From: Rikenellaceae bacterium
Lineage (GTDB): Bacteria > Bacteroidota > Bacteroidia > Bacteroidales > Rikenellaceae
Assembly: GCA_017379895.1 (NCBI GenBank)
Contig: JAFNVH010000078.1
Coordinates: 142 to 64,141 of the forward strand
DNA length: 64,000 nucleotides
Reading direction: 5' to 3'
A model generated the notes under the pieces. The model was not told the origin of the DNA and ran no database searches. It saw only the letters and a list, made by a program, of their open reading frames with translations. Position numbers and translations under genes: made by a program. Of the stretch, positions 56,997 through 64,000 are shown in pieces. Position 1 is the stretch's first letter. Every line of letters starts with the position of its first letter.

Positions 56997-57518
56997 ATGA
57001 AGTTGTTTCTGATCGGATATATGGGTTGTGGCAAGAGCTCACTCGGGCGTCGTTTGGCGCACCGATTTGCGATCGATTTTGTCGATATGGACAAGGCGAT
57101 TGAGGCTGAGGCCGCGATGACCATTCCCCAGATATTCGCAACAGAGGGAGAGGAGGCATTCCGCAAACGCGAGCGCGAGATGATCTCGAAGCTCGGTGCT
57201 GCCGAAGGTGATCAGATCATCGCCACAGGTGGTGGAGCGCCCTGCCGTGAGGGTAATTTGGAGTTGCTAAATTCGTTTGGCACGACGATTTACCTCAAAC
57301 TACCGCCCGATATTCTCGTTTCGCGCCTATGTCGCAACAAGGCCAAACGCCCTTTGATTGCAGGCAAGACCGACGAAGAGGTGGCCGAATTTGTCAGCCG
57401 TTCGCTCGGTGAGCGCGAGGTGTACTACCAGCGTGCCTCGATCGTGATCGACTGTGCGGGCAGAAGCGACGACTACATCGTTGAGCATTTGTATAACTTT
57501 ATGAGATATAACAAGTAA
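56997..57518 (+). CDS. aroK: shikimate kinase
   Basis: Contains the P-loop GYMGCGKSS and the GGGAP lid. Confidence 0.9.
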   Translation: MKLFLIGYMGCGKSSLGRRLAHRFAIDFVDMDKAIEAEAAMTIPQIFATEGEEAFRKREREMISKLGAAEGDQIIATGGGAPCREGNLELLNSFGTTIYLKLPPDILVSRLCRNKAKRPLIAGKTDEEVAEFVSRSLGEREVYYQRASIVIDCAGRSDDYIVEHLYNFMRYNK

Positions 57519-57539
57519 AACAAAATAAATTAAAAGGTT

Positions 57540-60500
57540 ATGGTTCTATTTTTTGCACAAGAAGACAAGATCTACGCAGTGGATAGTTGCGTAGAATTTG
57601 ATCAGTCGGCAATCGAAAAACTGGAGTGGCTTTTCTCGGGCGCGAAGCTCGTTGAAAGCGATCGTATCGAGGGTAAATTCGTCGGCCCCCGTCGCGAAAT
57701 GATCACCCCGTGGAGCACCAACGCTGTGGAAATCACTCAGAATATGGGTTTGGAGGGTATTCGCCGTATCGAGGAGTTTTTCGTAGACAGCGACTCGACT
57801 CCGTTCGACCCTATGCTGAATCGTCGCTATGATGCACTGGATCAGTCGATCTACATTATCAACAAAGAGCCCGAGAAGATCGTATATATCGACGACATCG
57901 AGAGCTACAACCGCGCTGAGGGTCTGGCACTGAGCGAGGAGGAGATCGCATACCTCAGAGAGGTGAGCGAGAAGATGGGTCGCCCGCTGACCGATAGCGA
58001 GGTATTCGGTTTCTCGCAGGTAAACTCGGAGCACTGCCGTCATAAGATTTTCGGCGGTACGTTCGTGATCGATGGCGAAGAGAAGCCCTCGTCGCTGTTC
58101 AACCTGATCAAGCATACGACCAAAACCAACCCCAATCGCGTAACCTCGGCATACAAGGATAACTGCGCATTTTTGCAGGGTCCCGTTGTTGAGCAGTTTG
58201 CTCCCGAGCGCCACGATGTACCTGATTACTTTACGGTTAAGGATTTCGAGAGCGTAATCTCGATCAAGGCCGAGACCCATAACTTCCCCACTACCGTTGA
58301 GCCCTTCAATGGTGCTGCAACCGGTACGGGTGGTGAGATCCGCGACCGTATCGCAGGTGGTAAGGGTGCGTTCCCCGTTGCAGGTACTGCGGTGTATATG
58401 ACCGCTTATCCTCGTCTGGACGACTCGCACTCGTGGGAGGCGCAGATGCCCCCGCGCAAGTGGCTCTATCAGACTCCAGCCGACATTCTGATCAAGGCAT
58501 CGAATGGCGCAAGCGACTTCGGTAATAAGTTCGGTCAGCCGCTGATCTGCGGTTCGTTGCTCACCTTCGAGCACGGTGAGCAAGGCAAGGAGTTCGGTTA
58601 CGACAAGGTGATTATGCAGGCTGGTGGTATCGGCTACGGTCGCAAGGTTGACAGCCTGAAAGATGAGCCTACGACGGGCAATAAGGTTGTGTTGCTCGGT
58701 GGCGACAACTACCGCATCGGTATGGGTGGTGGCGCAGTATCAAGCGTGGCAACGGGTGAGTATCAGAGCGATATCGAGCTGAACGCTATCCAGCGCTCGA
58801 ATCCCGAGATGCAGAAGCGTGCCTACAACGCTATCCGCGCCGTGAGCGAGGAGGACAACAACCCCATCATCTCGATTCACGACCACGGTGCAGGCGGTCA
58901 CTTGAACTGTCTGAGTGAGCTGGTCGAAGCTACGGGAGGTCGCATCGACATCGACCAGCTTCCTATTGGCGATCCTACCCTCTCGCACCGCGAAATCATC
59001 GGTAACGAGTCGCAGGAGCGTATGGGTCTGGTGATCGACGCTAAGTATATCGAACACTTGAAGCGTATTGCTGATCGTGAGCGCGCTCCGATGTACACCA
59101 TTGGTGAGACCACGGGCGATATGCAGTTCACCTTCGTGGATAACCGCACAGGCGAGAAACCTATCGACTGGCAGTTGGAGTATATGTTCGGTAAGGCACC
59201 CCGCACGATTATGCGCGACTCGAAGAAGGCAAGCAATTTCGACGAGGTGAAGTACTCGACTACTAATATTATTAAGTACGTCGAGCAGGTGCTCCAAATC
59301 GAGGGTGTTGCTTGTAAGGATTGGCTCACCAACAAGGTTGACCGTTCGGTAACGGGTAAGATCGCCGTACAGCAAACCGCAGGTGAGGTGCAGATTCCGT
59401 TGAACGACTACGCTGCTGTTGCTATTGATTATCAGGGCAAAGCAGGTATCGCTACGGCTCTCGGTCACGCTCCCGTGGCTGCAATGATCGACTCGAAGGC
59501 AGGTTCGCGTCTGGCTATCGGCGAGGCACTGACCAACATCGCATTGGCTCCGCTGAGCTACGGTTTGAAGGGCGTTTCGCTCAGTGCAAACTGGATGTGG
59601 CCCTGCCGCAACGAGGGCGAGGACGCACGTCTGTATGACGCTGTGGAGGCTGCAAGCAATATGGCAGTTGAGTTGGGTATCAACATCCCGACCGGTAAGG
59701 ACTCGCTGTCGATGACTCAGAAATATAAGGACGGTAAGGCTGTGATCGCGCCGGGTACGGTGATCATCACTTCGGCTGCCGAGGTTAGCGACGTGAAGCA
59801 GTGTGTTCGTGCTGCGTTGAAGCACGCGCCGAGCAACTTGGTTTATGTTGATATGAGCCGCTCGGAGTTTGAGCTCGGTGGTAGCGCATTCGCACAGACC
59901 GTTGGTAAGGTGGGCGATAAGGCTCCCGACATCGCATCGGCAAGCTATTTTGCTGCCGCTTTCGAGGGCGTACAGAAATTGGTGCGCGATGGTAAGGTAA
60001 TGGCTGGTCACGACGTTTCGGGTGGTGGTTTGATCACTGCTCTGCTCGAAATGACCTTTGCCGACAACTCGACAGGTGCTGAGGTTAACCTCGACGTTCT
60101 GGGTGAGAGCGACCTGATCCGCGTATTGTTCAGCGAGAAACCTGCTATGGTACTGCAGGTTGCAGATGCTAAGGCTGTCATTGACGAGTTGAGCGCAATG
60201 GGCGTAGACGCATACGATCTGGGTATAGTGAACACCAATCGTCAGTTTGTGGTTAAGGCTTGTGGCGTTGAGTTCGAGCTGTTGCAGAACCACCTGCGCG
60301 ATCTGTGGTACAAGACTTCGTACCTGCTCGATTGCCGCCAGAGTGGCGAGAAGAAGGCAGCAGAGCGCTACGCAAACTATGCTCAGCAGCCCCTGCAATT
60401 CCTCTTCCCCGAGGGCTTCGAGGGCACTTACAAGTCGATCGGTATCGATCCGAAGCGTCGCGAACGCACTGGCGTGAAAGCTGCGATTATTCGTGAAAAA

Positions 60501-61223
60501 GGTACCAATGGTGAGCGCGAGATGGCTTACTCGCTGTTCCTGGCTGGTTTCGACGTTAAGGACGTGACTATGACCGACTTGGTAAGCGGCCGTGAGACTT
60601 TGGAGGACGTGAATATGATCGTCTTCTGCGGTGGTTTCTCGAACTCGGACGTACTCGGCTCGGCTAAGGGTTGGGCTGGTGCATTCCTCTACAACGAGGC
60701 AGCTAAGCGCGCATTGGACAACTTCTACGCTCGCGAGGATACTCTCTCGCTCGGTGTCTGCAACGGTTGCCAGCTGATGATCGAGTTGGGTCTGATTACC
60801 CCCGAGGACGCTGTTAAGCCGCGTATGTTGCACAACGACAGCCACAAGTTCGAGTCATCGTTCGTAGGCCTGGACGTTGAGCAGAGCAACGCAGTGATGT
60901 TCAGCTCATTGGTTGGCTCGAAGCTGGGTATCTGGGTAGCTCACGGCGAGGGTAAGTTCTCGTTGCCTATGGAGGAGAAGCACTACAACATCGCACTGAA
61001 ATATAGCTATGCAGACTACCCCGCTAACCCCAATGGTAGCGACTACGCCGTAGCAGGTGTTGCATCGGCTGACGGTCGTCACGTAGCGATGATGCCCCAC
61101 TTGGAGCGCGCTATCAAGCCGTGGAATTGGGCATACTATCCCGAGCAGCGCGAGGACGAAGTTACTCCTTGGATCGAGGCATTCGTCAACGCTCGCAAGT
61201 GGATTGAAGAGAGATTGAAGTAA
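57540..61223 (+). CDS. purL: phosphoribosylformylglycinamidine synthase (single-chain large form)
   Basis: The 1227-aa product contains ETHNFPT and a C-terminal glutaminase with GVCNGCQ and the HGEG motif. Confidence 0.95.
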   Translation: MVLFFAQEDKIYAVDSCVEFDQSAIEKLEWLFSGAKLVESDRIEGKFVGPRREMITPWSTNAVEITQNMGLEGIRRIEEFFVDSDSTPFDPMLNRRYDALDQSIYIINKEPEKIVYIDDIESYNRAEGLALSEEEIAYLREVSEKMGRPLTDSEVFGFSQVNSEHCRHKIFGGTFVIDGEEKPSSLFNLIKHTTKTNPNRVTSAYKDNCAFLQGPVVEQFAPERHDVPDYFTVKDFESVISIKAETHNFPTTVEPFNGAATGTGGEIRDRIAGGKGAFPVAGTAVYMTAYPRLDDSHSWEAQMPPRKWLYQTPADILIKASNGASDFGNKFGQPLICGSLLTFEHGEQGKEFGYDKVIMQAGGIGYGRKVDSLKDEPTTGNKVVLLGGDNYRIGMGGGAVSSVATGEYQSDIELNAIQRSNPEMQKRAYNAIRAVSEEDNNPIISIHDHGAGGHLNCLSELVEATGGRIDIDQLPIGDPTLSHREIIGNESQERMGLVIDAKYIEHLKRIADRERAPMYTIGETTGDMQFTFVDNRTGEKPIDWQLEYMFGKAPRTIMRDSKKASNFDEVKYSTTNIIKYVEQVLQIEGVACKDWLTNKVDRSVTGKIAVQQTAGEVQIPLNDYAAVAIDYQGKAGIATALGHAPVAAMIDSKAGSRLAIGEALTNIALAPLSYGLKGVSLSANWMWPCRNEGEDARLYDAVEAASNMAVELGINIPTGKDSLSMTQKYKDGKAVIAPGTVIITSAAEVSDVKQCVRAALKHAPSNLVYVDMSRSEFELGGSAFAQTVGKVGDKAPDIASASYFAAAFEGVQKLVRDGKVMAGHDVSGGGLITALLEMTFADNSTGAEVNLDVLGESDLIRVLFSEKPAMVLQVADAKAVIDELSAMGVDAYDLGIVNTNRQFVVKACGVEFELLQNHLRDLWYKTSYLLDCRQSGEKKAAERYANYAQQPLQFLFPEGFEGTYKSIGIDPKRRERTGVKAAIIREKGTNGEREMAYSLFLAGFDVKDVTMTDLVSGRETLEDVNMIVFCGGFSNSDVLGSAKGWAGAFLYNEAAKRALDNFYAREDTLSLGVCNGCQLMIELGLITPEDAVKPRMLHNDSHKFESSFVGLDVEQSNAVMFSSLVGSKLGIWVAHGEGKFSLPMEEKHYNIALKYSYADYPANPNGSDYAVAGVASADGRHVAMMPHLERAIKPWNWAYYPEQREDEVTPWIEAFVNARKWIEERLK

Positions 61224-61236
61224 ACTGCGTAATAAA

Positions 61237-62028
61237 TTGAATATCAAAAGCGATAATCGCCCCATTGGGGTCTATGATTCAGGATTGGGAGGTTTGAGCG
61301 TGTGGCGCGAGCTACACGCCAAGCTGCCCAACGAATCGCTCACGTACCTTGCCGATGGTGCAAACTGCCCATACGGAGGTCGCCCAAAAGAGGAGATTCG
61401 TCGTTTTGCCGATGAAGCTGTCGGCAAATTGATAGCCGATGGAGCAAAGATGGTTGTCGTAGCGTGCAATACCGCTACGGCTGCCGCCATCGACTTCTTG
61501 CGCGAGAAATATTCGGACACACCGATTGTCGGAATGGAGCCGGCTGTGAAGCCCGCTGCAATGGCAACACGTTCGGGAGTGGTCGGAGTACTGGCTACGG
61601 CAGGATCACTCGGCGGCGATCTATTTCTCAAAACATCAGCTCGTTATGCCGATCGTACACGATTCATTGCAGCTGTTGGCGAGGGCTTTGTCGAGATCGT
61701 CGAGCAGAGTCAGGAGAACACGTCCGAGGCCGAAATTGTGGTGCGACGTGTGGTTGAGCCGCTTATTGAAGAGGGTGCTGATCAGATCGTTCTTGGTTGC
61801 ACTCACTACCCTTTCCTGCGCAAAGTAATTGAGCGTGTGATAGGCGATCGCGAGGTTGCGATTATTGATCCCGCACCCGCTGTTGCACGACGTGTTGAGC
61901 AGCTGCTCGATCAGTTTGAGTTGCGTGCCGACACTAACAACAAGGCGCAATATGCGTTTCAAACCTTTGCGTCAGATGATTACCTCAAACGTCTTCAAGA
62001 TAAGGCATTAGAAATCATATCGAGATAA
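61237..62028 (+). CDS. murI: glutamate racemase
   Basis: Contains VYDSGLGGLSV, ACNTA(T)AA and GCTHYP. The only in-frame start near the N-terminus is a TTG at 61237. Confidence 0.88.
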   Translation: MNIKSDNRPIGVYDSGLGGLSVWRELHAKLPNESLTYLADGANCPYGGRPKEEIRRFADEAVGKLIADGAKMVVVACNTATAAAIDFLREKYSDTPIVGMEPAVKPAAMATRSGVVGVLATAGSLGGDLFLKTSARYADRTRFIAAVGEGFVEIVEQSQENTSEAEIVVRRVVEPLIEEGADQIVLGCTHYPFLRKVIERVIGDREVAIIDPAPAVARRVEQLLDQFELRADTNNKAQYAFQTFASDDYLKRLQDKALEIISR

Positions 62029-62092
62029 TTTGGAGGGGATACTTCGCAGATACATTTTTTTTTCGTATCTTCGTGGAGTAAATTGAATTATT

Positions 62093-64000
62093 ATGCCCTC
62101 AAATAAAAATACCAATCCAAAAACAGGTTCCGCCTCGACTAAAAAAGGGGGACAAACAATGCGTTGGACCGTCGGTCTGATAATGCTCTTTGCGGGCATC
62201 TATCTGCTGTTGGCCATTCTATTCTATCTGCTCGATTGGAAGGTCGATTGCAGTGCACTGGCCGACTACGCACGATTCAAAGGCAATGACGACCGTTTGG
62301 CTATGATTACGTTCGAGAATCTTTGCGGACGTAACGGCGCTATGTTTGCCAACCTACTGATTGGTAAGTCGTTCGGCTTGTTTGGCGTGGTAATTCCATT
62401 CCTTTTGATGATCCTAGCGCTGCGTATCACGCGTCTGCACACACTCCATCTCAATCGAATGATGAGCATCGGCGTGCTGATTATGTTGCTCGGAACGCTT
62501 ACCCTCGGTTTCATTTTCAAGGACGATTGGGGTATTTTTGGCAGCGGTTTGGGCGGTCGCTGGGGCATTGAGGCCGCCACGATCATCACTAAATCGATCG
62601 GTCCAATCGGTACAATTTTGGTTATTCTCGTCGGTTGGATTCTGACGGGCGTATATATCAATCGCAGTTTTATAAATAAGGTAAACAAGGCAGGCGAAAC
62701 GATTGCCGGCGGTAGTTTGAAGGTCGGCAAAGCCGCTATCGGATTGGTAACCAAAGGCGTAGAGAAGGTGCACAAACCCACCGCAACTCCCGAAGTTACT
62801 GAGGAGCCTGCGGTCAACAAATCACTCGTTATCGCTGAGCCAGAGATTGCACCCGCGGTCGATCCCATTCGCACCGAAATTACCCCCAAGCCCATTGTCG
62901 AGGAGAAGAACGAAGCTGATGATTTTGAAATGGTTACAGTAACGCCCGAGGAGGAAGTTGACGACACTCCGACACCCATCGCTCCCGTCGAAGACGCAGA
63001 GGATGACGGTTTGTCGATAACGATCGTTGGCGACGACGAGCCGAGCGATGAGCCTGAGGCTGCGCCCGAGGAGATCGTACCCGCGACCGAAGAGCCAGCT
63101 ATCAAAAACGGCGACGATGACGGTTTGAAGATTGTCGTTGTCGAACACCAGGATAAGGAGATGAGCGAGAGCGAAATCGACCTCAAAGAGTACGATCCCG
63201 CGAAGGATCTACCTAAGTATCAGCGCCCTCCGATCAACTTGCTCGAAGACCATTCGATGGATGTGGAGGTTTCGGATGAGGAGATCTTCGAGAACAAAGA
63301 GCAGATCAAGACCACATTGCAAAACTTCGGTATCGCAATCGAGAAGATCAAAGCGACCGTCGGTCCGACTGTGACGCTCTATGAGATCATTCCCGCTCCG
63401 GGTATCAAAATCGCTCGAATCAAAAGCCTCGAAGAGGATATTGCCATGAGCCTCAAAGCGTTACGAATTCGCATCATCGCACCTATTCCTGGTAAGGGAA
63501 CGGTCGGCATTGAGGTTCCGAACAAGGATCGCGATGTGGTTTCGATGCTCTCGGCGATCAAGTCGGCTCGATTCCAGCAGAGCAAATTCGAGTTGCCCAT
63601 TGTGCTCGGACGTACGATCCAAAACGAAAACTTTGTGATCGACTTGGCGAAAATGCCTCACCTGCTTGTTGCGGGTGCCACAGGTCAAGGTAAGTCGGTG
63701 GGACTCAACGCAATAATCACGTCACTGCTGTACAAAAAGCACCCGTCGGAGTTGAAGTTCGTGATGATCGACCCGAAGCGCGTCGAGTTGTCGCTCTATG
63801 CGCCACTCGAGAAGCACTTCCTAGCAAAAATGGAGAGCGAAGACGAAGCAATTCTCACTGAGCCACAGAAGGTTATCTATACGCTCAACTCGCTTGTTGT
63901 CGAGATGGAGCAGCGTTACGAATTGCTGCGCCAGGCGTCGTGCAAGAAGATTACCGAGTATAACGAGAAGTTCCGCAACCGCCGCCTGAACCCGCAAAAG
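62093..64000 (+). CDS. ftsK: DNA translocase FtsK/SpoIIIE, N-terminal 636 codons (runs off the right edge)
   Basis: Absent from the ORF track because it is edge-truncated. My translation from the ATG at 62093 gives N-terminal TM helices, an acidic/Pro-rich linker, then ...IEKIKATVGPTVTLYEIIPAPGIKI... and the Walker A motif LLVAGATGQGKSVGLN. Confidence 0.9.
   Translation, partial: MPSNKNTNPKTGSASTKKGGQTMRWTVGLIMLFAGIYLLLAILFYLLDWKVDCSALADYARFKGNDDRLAMITFENLCGRNGAMFANLLIGKSFGLFGVVIPFLLMILALRITRLHTLHLNRMMSIGVLIMLLGTLTLGFIFKDDWGIFGSGLGGRWGIEAATIITKSIGPIGTILVILVGWILTGVYINRSFINKVNKAGETIAGGSLKVGKAAIGLVTKGVEKVHKPTATPEVTEEPAVNKSLVIAEPEIAPAVDPIRTEITPKPIVEEKNEADDFEMVTVTPEEEVDDTPTPIAPVEDAEDDGLSITIVGDDEPSDEPEAAPEEIVPATEEPAIKNGDDDGLKIVVVEHQDKEMSESEIDLKEYDPAKDLPKYQRPPINLLEDHSMDVEVSDEEIFENKEQIKTTLQNFGIAIEKIKATVGPTVTLYEIIPAPGIKIARIKSLEEDIAMSLKALRIRIIAPIPGKGTVGIEVPNKDRDVVSMLSAIKSARFQQSKFELPIVLGRTIQNENFVIDLAKMPHLLVAGATGQGKSVGLNAIITSLLYKKHPSELKFVMIDPKRVELSLYAPLEKHFLAKMESEDEAILTEPQKVIYTLNSLVVEMEQRYELLRQASCKKITEYNEKFRNRRLNPQK

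Noticed and set aside
62041-62070. A T9 run with the flanking AGATAC/GTATCT arms between murI and ftsK, and T9 runs at 20427-20435 and 42991-42999, as possible phase-variation tracts.
   Set aside because: They lie in ordinary AT-rich promoter or terminator spacers, with no clear placement between -33 and -7 elements. T-runs of this length are common in Bacteroidota intergenic DNA.
62093-64000. A functional link between ftsK in this window and the dif-like sites at 26.8-29.8 kb.
   Set aside because: FtsK is a universal housekeeping gene, and it lies 32 kb away among unrelated core genes. The co-occurrence is not evidence for the Xer hypothesis.

Overview
This is a chromosomal window from a Bacteroidota genome, most likely Bacteroidales. 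The evidence is TAnnTTTG/TTTG promoters, a BACON-like lipoprotein, a DUF5106-type lipoprotein and a C69 dipeptidase. An Alistipes/Rikenellaceae-like source is only a guess from the fairly GC-rich coding DNA. About 90% of the window is densely packed core housekeeping: lpdA, truA, lepB, pyrBI, uvrA, dnaA, bcp, recA, relA/spoT, folD, prs, purA, fabD, plsC, parE/parC, aroK, purL, murI and ftsK. I found two RNA genes by eye: tRNA-Cys(GCA) at 1689-1759(-) and a 4.5S-type SRP RNA at 47363-47458(-).

Two regions are accessory.

(1) Positions 1-1688 are the AT-rich end of an integrated element that abuts the 3' end of tRNA-Cys.

(2) Positions 26853-29754 form a ~2.9 kb islet between the hit terminator and an immunity-like gene.
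- It is bracketed by a 19/20-identical 20-bp direct repeat.
- The core of that repeat, on the bottom strand, is TTATGTTAAAT, identical to the XerD arm of E. coli dif. A third perfect copy lies inverted inside the islet.
- The islet has no integrase. It carries an XRE-type HTH gene, a tightly coupled operon of unknown function (274 aa and 74 aa), and a ~350 bp non-coding block.
- That block is ~77% G+C, almost free of T on the + strand, and packed with GC hairpins that have A-rich loops.

My leading hypothesis is a small Xer-exploiting (IMEX-like) integrative element, possibly replicating through ssDNA, whose GC-rich block is a structured origin, packaging signal or ncRNA. This is inference and untested.

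Other points worth a look are a G9 tract in the spacer of a canonical promoter for a surface lipoprotein, and a metallophosphoesterase/PQQ-propeller fusion. The supplied ORF track omits two edge-truncated ORFs (1-565 - and ftsK 62093-64000 +). All product calls rest on motif recognition by eye; I ran no searches.
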